Below are positions 49,216 through 63,173 of a stretch of DNA of 64,000 bases, one piece after another. Each line of letters opens with the position of its first letter. Within the stretch, counting starts at the first letter, position 1. The translations under genes and the position numbers were made by a program. Below the pieces are notes generated by a model that made no database searches, had not been told where the DNA came from, and saw only the letters and a list, made by a program, of their open reading frames with translations. The DNA is from Octopus sinensis (taxonomy: Eukaryota): positions 63,488,001 through 63,552,000 of the forward strand of contig NC_043008.1 of assembly GCF_006345805.1 (NCBI RefSeq), written 5' to 3'.

Positions 49216-51974
49216 TAACAAAGGGTGGTCAACTGGAAAACACATTAGCATGTTGGACAAAATACTTTGGGTTCAGCCCTTGCTGAACTCAAATATTAAA
49301 ACAGATTTAAATACTAGATTAGGTTTCAAATTTTTGGCAAAAGGCCAGCAATTTCAGGGGAAGGATAAGTGGATTCCATTGACCCCGGTGTTCCCCTGGT
49401 ACTTATTTTATCGACCCCAAAAGGATGAAAGGCAAAGTTGACCTTGGCAAAATGTGAATTCACAGCGTAAAGATGGATGAAATGCTGCTATGCCGGGTGT
49501 GCTAACGAGTCTGCCAGCTCAACACCTTGATTTAGACACTAGATTTAACCAGTTATATACTTACCTTTTTTTAAGGTAGGTGGTGGTCTTGTGTCAATTT
49601 TAGAAATCTATGATTCTTTCTATAATTTCTTTCAAGTATAAATTAAAAGCTACGAGTGATTCTCCAGTGTACAATGACAGAATAAAGTATAGAATCATTC
49701 CTCAGATTTAGATATTCAGTCAACCAATACAAATATAAAGTTGTTCAATAAAATGCCAAGCTAGTCTCTACAAAGGAGATTTTGACTCAGCATGAATACT
49801 TACAAGATGCACTTCTATAATTCTCTAAAGTAAAACTGTCACACTTGAGTGAACTTACCTATTATCAATCAATGAAGCATGAAGGTTTTGCACTATACTT
49901 CTTCTCATTCGGTCAAGTTCACTTTGTGAACATCTACTATTTCCTTGTTTGTATTTACCATTTTCTTTTTGGTTTGGAAAAGGGGATGCTTAATGAAATG
50001 AACTGGTACTTTCAATTTTGTTGACTAAATTTTTTAGTTTTGCTGAGGATGTGTCATTTCTGCATGTTCTGCATTTATTAACCTATTAAATTGCTCATCA
50101 GACATCTAATGTCAATAAACTGGTAACCAAATAGAAATCTGGATTCATCTGAAATATTGAAAGAGCTGCCAGCAAACCTCACTGGTGCTGGTATCACAAA
50201 AAGGCACCCAGTATACTAGGCTAAGTGATTAGAATAAGGAAGAGTAGAAACCATGTCAAAACAGACCCTGAAGCATGATGCAGTCCTCACACTTGCCAGA
50301 TCCTGTTAAACTGTTCCACCCATTGTTGTTGTTGGCATCCTTTTGTCTCAGGAGACAATGGAGTTGCACATAAACTAATTCAGTCTGGTTTTTACATTTC
50401 ATGTCCTCTACAGTTTCCTCTCCAGTTTTGCGCAGGCCTGGGCTAGATGTAAGAAAATCCTGGGTAACCCAATTGTCAGGATTCCTCTCTAGACCTTGCT
50501 GATGTAGTCCAAAGGAGTGCAGAGCATTACGTTTGGCACCAGCTTAGTTGCAGAAGCTGCTGGAAGAGTGTCGAGTTGAACACTAAACTGCCTACAGAGC
50601 TCCACTCCAGATTTCTTTGAAGGTTGTCTCCTTTCCATAACCCTGGATAGGGGCCCATACCAGGTACTGTCAGCTGGTGCCCACTGAGCCCGAGACTTGT
50701 GTAAGGCAGGGTCGTCACTCCCTGAAGTAGTGAAGAAAATCGCTACTCCACCCATAACAGCCTGAAAACCTGACATTAAAAAATTGTGAAAATGATGGTG
50801 ATGACAATGAGGATGACTATGATGATGATGACAATGAATCTTACAGAAAGAACAATAGAAAAGAATAATGTATTTTTTAGACCTGGTGATAGCACAAATC
50901 AAGGTTGGTTCAATATCAGTAAAAAAAAACCTCCTGTAGATATTTCTCTTCACGACATTTATATTCCCAGCCATCCAGACAACTGATTCCTTCCCTTATG
51001 CCATTTATCTAGACAACTGCATCCCCCCTGCAAACCACTACTTATTGATTGTTATTACTCATTTTTACTATTCAACACTTTCCACCTTGTTGGTCTCCAT
51101 CTCTCACCCACCCCAGTTACATCCCCTGACCCTACCTTTCACCACCCTATCACTCATCCCTCCATCATTCCCCTACTGGCTGAATTATTCTACTGCTGTA
51201 ATAAATGAAAGCAGAACTTGGCCATAAACCATATTATATTACCATCGCTGTACTGCCAGTCACCACTCCCTCTCCCCTATACTACTTCTAATCTGCATCC
51301 ACCCAACATTCTTATTGTTTCCTACTCATATTGATCCTTCCCACCTCAGTTCAACATTTATTGTATTTATCCTCTCCTTACATCTTACCTTCATCTCTTC
51401 ACTCTCCTCCTACACTTTCACAATCTTACTCTCTAAACTCCTTGATTCTTTTGTTTTCCTACATCTCTCGGTACCTCTCTTGGACATGTTACCATGACAG
51501 TACATCCTAGTACCTCATCATTTCAGTATTTGCCTCTGTATGAACCTTGCTTCAACCTCTCTCAGCCATTACCACCACCTCCACCACCTCATAAAAGAAG
51601 AGGTAGCCACAAAATATATCCACAAAATGGTAAATTTATTCCTGCTCTCCCCATCACAAGGTGTTAACCTTTCAATACCTTGCTTCAAACTATATTTCTT
51701 ATTTAGCATCACAATATAAAAATCATAGCAAAACTATAACACTAAAGGAAGAATGGTCCTTTGACTTATTGAATCCTATCAAAACACCCAATCAATGCTA
51801 GCATGGAAAGTGGACTTAAAATGATGATGATGATTTTGTTAAGTTCAATAGATATCATGACTGGTATGATAAATTTTCTGACAAAGAGGTCAAAAAAGAC
51901 TAATTATGACAATAAATTGACTTTATTATTTCTCATACTACATTCAAAATAAGAAAGGTATCTCAAATGTTTAA

Positions 51975-52680
51975 CCCTTTTGTTACCATATTTCTTTTAA
52001 CATATGTTGGGTTCATTTCAATTAATTTTTAAAACAATGAAGAGTTTAGTAAATTAACTTTCAAGTTATTAAGCTGGGGCCTGGAAAAATTTAGCATAAA
52101 ATTTTTATGGACGATTATAATTTAGACTGCTTTAAAATGGTATGGTTATGTTACTCTTTAAACTCTCTTTTACTTGTTTCAGTTATTTGACTGTGGCCAT
52201 GCTGGAGCACCACCTTTAGTCAAGCAAATCGACCCCAGGACATATTCTTTGTAAGTCTAGTACTTATTCTATTTGTCTCTTTTGACGAACCGCTAAGTTA
52301 CGTGGACGTAAATACACCAACATTGGTTGTCAACTGATGTTGGCGGGGACAAACACAGACACACAAACATATATACACACTTATATATATATACGACGGG
52401 CTTCTTTCAGTTTCCATCTACCAAATCCACTCACAAGGCTTTGGTCGGCCTGAGGCTATAGTAGAAGACACTTGCCCAAGGTGCCACGCAGTGGGACTGA
52501 ACCCGGAACCATGTGGTTGGTAAGACAGTTAGTTTATGTTATAGTAAAATAACTTTCTAATGAGGCCTGGAAATATTCAACATAAAATTTTGATGGAAGA
52601 TTATAATTTAGACCACTTTAAAATGGTAAGTTTATATTATAGAACTAGGAGCAGTCTGATGTGCGTTGGTATCAAAAGGC
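51975..52680. mobile_element. piggyBac-type MITE with TTAA target duplication
   Basis: TTAA|CCCTTTTGTTACCA ... TGGTATCAAAAGGC|TTAA. Confidence 0.8.
52150..52525 (-). mobile_element. Family A SINE nested inside the piggyBac MITE
   Basis: Full minus-strand A copy. Confidence 0.88.
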
Positions 52681-53998
52681 TTAAGACATCATCTTTTTCT
52701 GTGTCAATAATTAGTAACCTTACTTGATTGACATATTTTGACCTCTTTGTCAGAAAAGCTATCATACCAGTCATAGTATTTATTGAACTTAACAAAATCT
52801 ATTATCTTCATGGAACAACTATTTCCACATTCCTAACCATATGAAGTTGTTATATTTCTATAAATATTTACCATTCATAATCTTGAAAGGGTGAAAATCC
52901 CAGGGCACTTACTTAGCTATGTGACAGAGATGCCTGTTACTGGTTGAAACCTAAAAGATTTATGTAATTATGATTCTCATAAATATGATTTTTACTATGA
53001 TATCCCCCAGAATGTAATATCTTTCTATACTATGAAAAAGTGTTTGGGAATCAGAAAGTTATAAATTACATTTTGAGACACATAACTTTATTGCTATTGC
53101 TTCGACAGTATTAGCGAGTGTGATCTTTGGTCATTTATTATTTGGAGCTGCATATTATATTGTAATCTATAAGTCTACAAATAGATCTTAGGACAAGCTT
53201 GTCTTTAATATCTCTTCTGCCACGTAGTGTAAACCTACTCATTAAATATATTTGATATAAATTACCGCAAAACAGACAATGACTGTGTCGTTCAAGACAC
53301 TGACACACGATCACATTCACTCAATCATACACCAACACTCACACACACACACACACACCCTCAGTCACATATTTCCTTGACTAACACGAAAACACTTGCA
53401 AGCTTATCATATACGATCTGTATTTATGTTATGGTGTAAATGTATAAAATAAATTACATTATGTACGCCTGTAAAATGTCTGTTTAGACTGTTTTGTTAT
53501 GACATGAAAATAAATTGGCAGAGTTGATATGGTTGTCACCTCACATTTGCAGCATCTTCTTCATTTTCTGGCAAGAAAAACAAAATATCTGGGTGTATTT
53601 ATTTACTCTTCAAGAGATCAAACTGCAGGGAAATGAAGGCATCAATTGATGTTTTTTGCTTATGATATGGTGTGTACATATAAATATGAGTTAAAACAAT
53701 GTTTTTGATTAAACAACTATGTCAACAATAATAATAATATTTTTTCCTACTATAGGCACAAAGCCTGAAATTTTATGGGGTGGGAGCTAGGGAATTACAT
53801 CATCAACAATGTTCAACAAGGACCTCACTTTCCTTAAGACGTGAGCTGTGCCTAATAAGGCTGCTTTTTGCAAGACATCAGTCTTGCATGGGATTTCCAG
53901 TTGCTTTATGAAGCTTTGAAGTTTCAATGGGATTGAGCCCAACACTCTGATCACCACTGGTATCACTTTTACATTACATGATAATAGTAAAATTAAAA

Positions 53999-54001
53999 AG
54001 C

Positions 54002-54042
<41 letters not shown>

Positions 54043-54182
54043 TATTATTATTATTATTGTTATTATTATTGTTGTTATTATTATTACTATTATTATCATT
54101 ATTACTATTATTATTATTATTATTATTACTATTATTATCATTATTACTATTATTATTATCATTATTATTATTATTATTATTA

Positions 54183-54223
<41 letters not shown>

Positions 54224-54455
54224 AGGTGGCGAACTGGCAGAAACGTTAGCACGCCGGGCGAAATGCGTAGCCATATTTCGTCTGCCGTTACGTTCTGGGT
54301 TCAAATTCTGCCGAGGTCGACTTTGCCTTTCATCCTTTCAGGGTCGATAAATTAAGTACCAGTTATGCAATGGAGTCGATGTAATCGACTTAATCTGTCT
54401 GTCTGTCCTTGTTTGTCCACTCTGTGTTTAGCCCCTTGTGGGTAGTAAAGAAATA

Positions 54456-54500
<45 letters not shown>

Positions 54501-54505
54501 CATCA

Positions 54506-54543
<38 letters not shown>

Positions 54544-54550
54544 GTTATTA
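53999..54550. repeat. (TAT)n microsatellite with a family C SINE inserted at 54223-54453
   Basis: (TAT)n on both sides of a well-preserved C copy. Confidence 0.92.
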
Positions 54551-55077
54551 TTTTCCTTATCATCTTTCATTTCTGTTTCCATTTCTAGCCGAGTGTCTTC
54601 CAGGCACCTAGGGCAGAGCAACGCATTGTATACATTAGGTATGCCATTAAAATAAGCACACAAGATTGTTCATTTACAAAGTCACGTGATAGAGAAATAG
54701 GGAAAGGAAGACAAAGAGAAACAAGAAATGGATAAAAACGAAGTCAACCTCAATGGAATTTGAACTTAAATGTGTAAAACTAGAGGAAATGCCACTAAGC
54801 ATTTTGTGTGGTGTACTAATTATACTGGTTGTTCAGTATCTTGATAATAATGATAATGATTTCAGATTTTGGCACAAGACCAGCACTTTGTGGGGAGAGA
54901 GTAAGTCAGTTACATCAGTTGCCAGTGTTCGTCTGGTACTTATTTTATCGACCCTGGAAAGATGAAAGTTAAAGTTGATCTCAGCAGAATTTGAACTCAG
55001 AATGTGAAGATGGACAGAATGCCACTTATCATTTTGCGTGGTTTGCTAACAATTCATCTACTTCACAATAGCTACTT

Positions 55078-55255
55078 AATAATAATAATAATAATAATAA
55101 TGATAATAATAATAATAATAATGATAATAATAACAACAACAGTAACAATAATAATAATAATGATAATAATGATGATGATGATGATAATAATAATAATGAT
55201 AATAATAATAATAATAATAGTAACAATAACAATAACAATAATAATAATGATAATA

Positions 55256-55293
<38 letters not shown>

Positions 55294-55320
55294 AATAATA
55301 ATAATAGTAATAATAATCAT
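55078..55320. repeat. (AAT/GAT/AAC)n compound microsatellite
   Basis: Direct reading. Confidence 0.95.
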
Positions 55321-55943
55321 ATGAAAGACACTTTCAATACAGCATTTCCTGTAGCGATGGTGGGGCAACAAACACAGACACACAAACATATACATACATA
55401 TATGTGTGTGTGTTGTGTGTGTGTGTGTGTGTGTGTATACAATAGGCTTCTTTCAGTTTCCTTATACCAAATCCACTCACAAGGCTTTGGTCAGCCCGAG
55501 GCTATAGTAGAAGACACTTGCCCAAGGTGCCATGCAATAGGACTGAACCTAGAGCTATGTGATTGGTAAGCAAGCTACTTACCACACAGCACTCCTAGCA
55601 GGGTAAACCTCAGCTGTATCCTCTTAAAGCACATCTGCTTATTCTATTATTACAATCTAATATGTAGTCTCAGTAGCTGCTGTATATTTGTCAAAATACA
55701 TATCAAAATTCAGAATTATAGAAATACTATTTGCAGAGTTATTGCATAACAAAACAGGAAACTGGAATTTTTTTATAATTTATTTATTCAACATTACATG
55801 TTTCATTTACTAATTGGAATTACAAAGTTCTACATGTTAGATTGTCATGTAAATCTTTGTAATTCTTATTAGGAAATGAAGCACATATAATAGTGGATAA
55901 ATATACCCCAAAATTTCCAATTTCCTGTTCTGTTATACACACG

Positions 55944-55974
<31 letters not shown>

Positions 55975-56697
55975 TTATATAGACATATATAGACATTACT
56001 ATATATACACATATACTTATATATATATATATATATATATATATCTTTTCTGAATTTGTGCAAATGTATATAAAATAATATATCAGTTGAATTAAGTTAA
56101 AACATGGTCTGATTTTCCCATTTTTTATTATTCTGTTTTAAAAACATTTTTTAGAATATTGAAGTCTGTTAAACATTAAAAAAAATTTCATAAGTTCATA
56201 ATGTTCAATTAGCACTTTCATACATTAGTAGTAACCATCAGACAGTCGACTTCTTGATAATTGTAGTAAAATGACTGACTTCTTCCTTTTTATACCTCTT
56301 AGAAGGCTCCAAAATACTGAATTTTTCCAATACAGTTTTGACCAATCTGCATACAGCTTAAACGTCATGATTTGATGGAGTCATCTATTTTATTGGCATA
56401 GATCCCACAGTTATTTTAACCAGTTAGCTTGCAGTTTACATTTAATGGTCTTATGAGTGAGCAAACTTAGTTGGTTTCAATCATTTTTATTTCAGTTGGG
56501 GGAGGGGTCTTCTGTAATTTGTTTATATTCATATGTTAAAGATATTTTTTAATCCACATCATTAACTGATTGTTACATAATTGTTATTTCCATTCAGGAC
56601 AGGTTTGAACGTTTTAATAAAACGTTTCTTTTATCTTTCTTCCAACTTCACTTGTATTATGTAGTTTGTGGAAAGGAAAAATTATATGTATAAATAT

Positions 56698-57340
56698 GAA
56701 GGCACATGGCTCAGCAGTTAGAGCATTGGGCTGACAATCATGAGGAAGTTTAGATCAATTCCTGAACTGGGCTGTGTGTTGTGTTCTTGAGCAAGGTAAT
56801 TTCTTTTACATTGCTCCAATTCACACAGTTGTAGAAATGAGTTACAGCATCACTGGTGCCAAGCTGTATCAGCCTTTGCATTTCCCTTGTATAACATCGG
56901 TGGCATGGAGAGGGGAGGCTGGCATACATGGGAGACTGCTGGTCTTCCATAAACAAATTTGCCAAGACTGTACTTCAGAGGATAACGTTCTCATGGCTAT
57001 TCATGACTGAGGGAGGACTTTTTTATTAAGGGGTTGAGCTAGCAGAATTGTTAGCACTATTGGCAAAATGCATAGTAGTATTTCATCCATCTTTACATTC
57101 CAAGTCCACATTTCACCATAGTCATCTTTGTCTTTCATCCTTTTGAGCCTTTCAGGTAACATGTATCAAGCTGTATCAGCCTTTGCCCTTCCTTTGGATA
57201 ATATCAGTGGTGTGGAGCAGAAAGGCTGATATGGATGGGCAACTACTGTTCTTCCACAGACAACCTTGCCCAGGCTTATGCTATGGAGGGTAATTTCTAG
57301 GTGTAATCCCACGTTCATTCATGACTGAAGGGGATCTTTA
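56698..57340 (+). mobile_element. Composite F+C SINE followed by a second F 3' half
   Basis: 56698-57163 aligns end to end with 31372-31830; 57165-57340 repeats the F 3' part. Confidence 0.8.
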
Positions 57341-58224
57341 GCTTTTACATATTTCAGACAAGTGTTACAATCATGTTCCAGAAATGGCTCTAACAATCCT
57401 GGAAAACCAAATAATCTATGGGATTTTAATATTCAGACATACATAACAACTGGACAAGTAGACAATATGCATGGCATAAGAAAAAACAAAGAAAGGAAAG
57501 AAAAGAGAATGTCTTGTTACAGATGTTGAAGTTTCTTCAGACAAACACATGGAAGAAATATAAATAGAAAATCTCAAAATATATTGCTATAATAGTAAAA
57601 ATATCTAGAATATGGGTATGTTATTTCAACAGCAAAAATGAAAGCTGTATCAGTTATCACTGGAGCATGAAATTCAATTAAAAATAAAATAAAATCTATT
57701 CTACCATTTGAAATGGTTGGATATCAAAGAAGACATTGAGAACACTCCAAGAGTCTTCTCTGCTTTGATTAGCTTATATTCTTAGAAAGGTACTTTCTGT
57801 CTTAAGTTGTTTCTTAAGGCTAGACAGTTAAAATGATGAAAAATCAACAAAAATTAGTTATTTCATATCCATACTGCGCAACAAAATGACGATGATGATG
57901 ATGACGATGATGATGATGTACTCTCCAATAACAATAAAAAATACCAAGAACTCACAAGGTGTAGAAGATGATGTAAAAGAAATTTGCCTGAAACTATCAA
58001 ATGTCAGATGAAGAGGCTGATTCTTTCTTTCTTTCTTTCTTTCTTAGTTACAAAAGCTGAAAGTTACAATAAAATGCAGTTTATATTAACCAAATAGCAA
58101 CACAAATTACATTAGCACCAACTATTTTTTAATTTTATATTTCTTTCAGTCATTAGACTGAAGCCATGCTGGGGCACTACAATGAAGACGTTTAGTCAAA
58201 TAAATTGACCCCCAGTACATCATT

Positions 58225-58700
58225 ATCATCATCATCATCGTTTAATGTCTGCTTTCCATGCTAGCATGGGTTGGACGATTTTACTGAGGTCTGGCGAACC
58301 AGATGGCTGCACAAGATTCCAATCTGATCTGGCAGAGTTTCTACATCTGGATGACCTTCCTAACGCCAACCACTCTGAGAGTGTAGTGGGTGCTTTATTG
58401 TGCCCCCAGCATGAGGGCCAGTTAGGCAGTACTGGCAGTGGCCACACTCAAATGGTGCTTTTTATGTGAAACCTGTACAGGAGCCAGTCCAGCGGCACTG
58501 GCAACGACCTCGCTCGAATGTTCTTTTTTCATGTGCCACCAGCACAAGTGCCAGTGAGGTGATGCAGGTAATGATCCCGCTCGAATGGTGCTTTTTATGT
58601 GCCCATCTGCACGGAGGCCAGCTTGTTGCTCTGGCAACAATCACGCTCGTATGGTACTCTTAGCACTCCACTAGCACAGATGCCAGTCATCGAATTTGAT
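58225..58700 (-). mobile_element. Family B retroposon with degenerate internal array
   Basis: (CAT)n-cgtttaatgtctgctttccatgctagcatgggttgg; repeated gaatggtgcttttt.tgtg units. Confidence 0.85.
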
Positions 58701-58714
58701 TTCGATTTCAATAT

Positions 58715-59415
58715 TTTTTAAAGCCTGGTTCCTATTCTATTGGCATCTTTTGCTGAACTGCTACGTTACGGGGATTTAAACACACAAGCACTGGTTGTCA
58801 AGTGGTAGTGGGGGACAAACACACACACACACACACACACACACGCAAACACATGCATACACACACACACCATGATTCTTTCAGTTACCGACTACAAAAT
58901 CCACTCACAAAGCTTTGGTGACCACAAAGCTATAATAGAAGACATTTAACCAAGGTTCCACACAGTGGGACTGAACCTGGAACCATGTGTTTGTGAAGCA
59001 AGTTTTTTGCTACACAATCACACCTGCACTTATACATATCTCTTTTACTTGTTTCAATCATTTGACTGCAGCCAGGACTTATTCTTTGTAAGCTTAGTAC
59101 TTATTCTGCCAGTCTCTTTTGCTGAACCACTAGGTTACTGGGACGTAAACACACCACGATCGGTCGTCGAGTGATGTTGGGGATAGAAACACAGACACAC
59201 AAACATAAACACACAGATCACACATATATATATATATATATACATATATATGACGGGCTTCTTTTAGTTTCCATCTACCAAATCCACTCAGAAGGCTTCG
59301 GTCGACCTGAGGCTATAGTAGAAGACACTTGCCCAAGATGCCACACAGTGGGAATGAACCCAGAACCATGTGGTTGTGAAGCAAGCTACTTACCACACAG
59401 CCACTCCTGTGCCTG
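58715..59415 (-). mobile_element. Two tandem family A SINEs
   Basis: Two consecutive minus-strand A copies (about 58715-59030 and 59035-59415). Confidence 0.8.
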
Positions 59416-60541
59416 TCCATATTTTACTACAAATGTGACTACAAATGAGAATTCCCCTTTCTCAAATGCGATGGGGCTAGTTTATGGGCATGTATATCAC
59501 ATACAATTTGCTTTTGCACCTTAGATGTTTTAAGGATAATGAATATAGTCTTCCTTATCCAAATACAACTGTGTCCAAACCTCCCTTGATTGGAACGAGG
59601 AAAATGTCTATGATTTTGGCAAGGCACAGAATGTTAGTTTTTTCTTCTTGTGATAGATTGCAAGGCACTGCTGCTTCAAACTACTTCTAAGTTTTAGTTC
59701 TTTCTGATAAAATGTTTCACATCTGCATTTCCTTGTTTGAAAAAAAATAAACTTGAAGAAGAAATGTGCATATGAGAATATTATAGTTATCTTCTGCTAG
59801 CATGGAAACATGCTAGCAGCTCATAGCAGCAGAGTAGAAGAGAGAGAAGGAAATAAGTTCCAAACTGATCACAATAGGTATCACCGGTGTCTTTAGCATT
59901 CAATTCATCATATTACATGAAAGGAAGTAGTTAAAAGAAGGTTGATTATGTTCTCTGGGTTTCTGTTCTTGATGTCGGTTGTGAAAAGCAACTGAGAAGA
60001 ACATAGCTCTTATTGGTCTGGTGCTGAGTGAATCAAGCAAGTGTTATATAATTTTTACATCATCTCTCAAAAAAATGGCTCACGGATTACTAGTATCTGA
60101 TTAGCTAAAATTTTTTTTGTTTGACCAGAAAAACACCTGGGACACTGCAATCAAACTTAAACTGCCATTGTTGAGGTCACTCTGCATATTTTGATATATT
60201 TATATTTAATAGGTACAGAGTATCACTAAAGTAGAGCAAAAATAATGCTGTCTGATATATGTGTAGCAGAATACAAGCAAAATATACGAGAATGTGACAA
60301 TATTTATTTTAATATAAATATCAATTTACTCAGCTTATTTTGTTCAGAGGTTTTTCATTGTTCTCAGCTCAAATAAGGCATAGGATACATAACTGCACAC
60401 ATACATTTCTTTTATGTATGTATAAGTATGTATGTTATATATATATATATATACACACACACTCATATGTGTATGCACATACATACACAAGACACACTCA
60501 CACACACACGTATAAACATATATATATATATACATATATAA

Positions 60542-60573
<32 letters not shown>

Positions 60574-60592
60574 ATATACATATACATATATA

Positions 60593-60631
<39 letters not shown>

Positions 60632-61308
60632 TATACTAACATATTTATATGTAAATATGAATTTATAATGCAAAACAATGTAAAAATATCTAAATAAAAA
60701 TCAGCTATAAAATGTCTGAGTCAACACCAACTCAAGTAAATATTATATATAACATCATTAAATTTAAGCACTATGATTCAACAAAACTGTTTTCCCACTT
60801 TTACTTATATACACACACTGACGTACAAGTGCTTCAACAGACATGCACACACAGAACTATAATACAATGTATTCTTTAAAAATCTCGAGTAGAGATTGTG
60901 GCAATAAAAATCATTTTTATTTTCGTTTCTTTTCTAATGATGACATAACCTAATGTAGATAGCAGTTGTGTGCACACACACATATATATATATATATATG
61001 TATGTGTGTATGTATGTGTGTATGTATGTATGTATGTATGTATGTATGTATGTATGTATGTATGTATGTGTGCAGGATGTTGGTAGGTTTATATATTTCT
61101 ATAGTCACAATATCATCTGCATGTATTGAACTAACTATAAAAACATAACATAAAGAAATTAATATGATTTTTTTATTTCAAAACTATACACTGCCTGGTA
61201 AACAGAGAATCAGATCTGTATATGTTTGGTTTGTAATGTGATATGTGTGTGCGTGTGTGTATACATATATATATGTATACATATATACATATATATATGT
61301 GTATATTT

Positions 61309-61352
<44 letters not shown>

Positions 61353-61354
61353 CT

Positions 61355-61742
61355 AACTTGCTTCCATGCCGGTCGCACATAAAAAGCACCATTCGTTTGT
61401 GATCATTACCAGCATCATCTTACTTGCACTTGTGCCAGGGACACATGAAAAAACATTCAAGCGAGGTCGTTGCCAGTGCCGCTGGACTGGCTCCTGTGCA
61501 GGTGACACGTAAAAAACACCATTTGAGTCTTGCCATTGCCAGTACCGCCTGACTGTCCCTCGTGCTGGTGAGTATGTAAAAGTACCCTCTACACGGAGTG
61601 GCTGGCATTAGGAAGAGCATCCAGCTGTAGAAACTCTTCCAGAACAGATTGGAGCCTGGTGCAGCCATCTGGTTCGCCAGTCCTCAGTCAAATCGTCCAA
61701 CCGATGCCAGCATGTAAAGCGGACGTTAAACGATGATGATGT
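61355..61742 (+). mobile_element. Family B retroposon
   Basis: aaaaagcacc units; canonical tail; gatgatgat. Confidence 0.85.
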
Positions 61743-61803
61743 CTGTGTGTGTGTATTCAAATATGAATGAATAGCAGCTCAAGAAATATAAATAATTTTG
61801 ACC

Positions 61804-62175
61804 ACACATACACAAGGTATGTGCTTTTCCAGTTTGTGGGTAGGCTGCAATTTATAGGCATAAGAGAATAAATTCTTACCAATCCACCTGGTCCTGAAAC
61901 ATCCGGGTGTCATAGCCAGGCAAGATAACTCACATCAGGTCTCTTTGGAGGTGTGGTAGACATTGATGTAGACATTAATATAATATTGACCAGTCACAAA
62001 AATGACAAAATATTAATACATACTGCTCTTGCAATGGGACGTGATGTAAGTTATCTCTCTTGTCTATGACTTTCCAGTGTTTTAATACCAGATGAATCAA
62101 TAAAAATATATAATCTGATGCCAACATATTGCAGCCTGCCCATGAACTGGCAAAACACATACCTTGTGTATGTGT
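61804..62175. repeat. Old ~370-bp imperfect palindrome
   Basis: Outer arms acacatacacaaggtatgtg..ccagt...ggctgcaat match closely; similarity declines but persists toward the centre near 61990. Confidence 0.8.
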
Positions 62176-62235
62176 GTTCAATATTGTTTATATACATATG
62201 TGTGTATGTATGTATATATATATATATATATATAT

Positions 62236-62632
62236 AGGTGTAGAAGTGGCTGTGTGGTAAGTAGCTTGCTTACCAACCACATGGTTTCAGGTTCAGTCCC
62301 ACTGCATGGCAACTTGGGCAAGTGTCTTCTACTATAGTCCCAGGCTGACCAAAACCTTGTGAGTAGATTTGGTAGATGGAAACTCAAAGAAGCCCGTCAT
62401 ATATATGTATATGTACATATGTGTGTGTGTGTGTGTGTTTGTGTTTGTTCGCCCAACATCACTTGACAACCGATGCTGGTGTGTTTACGTCTCCATAACT
62501 TAGCAGTCCTACCAAAAGGGACAGATAGAATAAGTACTAAGCTTACAAAGAATAAGTTCGGGGGTCAATTTGCTCGACTAAAGGCGGTGCTCCAGCATGA
62601 CCACAGTCAAATGACTGAAACAAGTAAAAAAC
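62236..62632 (+). mobile_element. Family A SINE, full length
   Basis: Aligns with 46128-46536. Confidence 0.9.
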
Positions 62633-63173
62633 AGAGTAATACACATACACAAACACATACACACACACACTCACACATGCACACATACACACACACATTT
62701 GCATATACATATACACGCATATGCATAAATATATATATATATATATTGTTTTATGAGAGCCAAAACTGATTACCTTGAGTAAAAATATTTCAGTTTTGCA
62801 ACTTTTTACAGCTTTGCTACAATGTTATAAATATTCTGTGTCAATTACAGTAAGTTTTGCAGTAATACAGGGGTACTCTACTGCTCTTTCACAGAGCCTG
62901 GCTCCCAAAAGTAATCAAATTTTATTTTCTCTTTGAAATAATCCATAACGTATTGAATATTACAGAATTATAAAAAATCAAAATTAATCATCGTATTTGT
63001 TACCTGTTCTGTGATAAATAATATATCACCATTGTTGATTTTGTAAGCAAATATAGAGATGTACAAAATTTGGAGAATCTTTCATAATTCAGGTATGCTT
63101 TTTAAAATGTTAATGTGTTTTTCACACTATGTTCTTTGTATGTTGCTTTGAAATTATAGAGATTATGTCTCAC

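Larger units (their letters stand above)
51832..52799. mobile_element. Outer MITE-like element with 64-bp inverted termini
   Basis: 51832-51895 versus 52736-52799 reverse complement (about 6 mismatches). Confidence 0.75.

Noticed and set aside
50330-51600. ORF 50489..50974 and adjacent pyrimidine-rich tract as a gene
   Set aside because: ORF length depends on a (GAT)n run; the region looks like decayed LINE 5'/endonuclease sequence, too degenerate to classify
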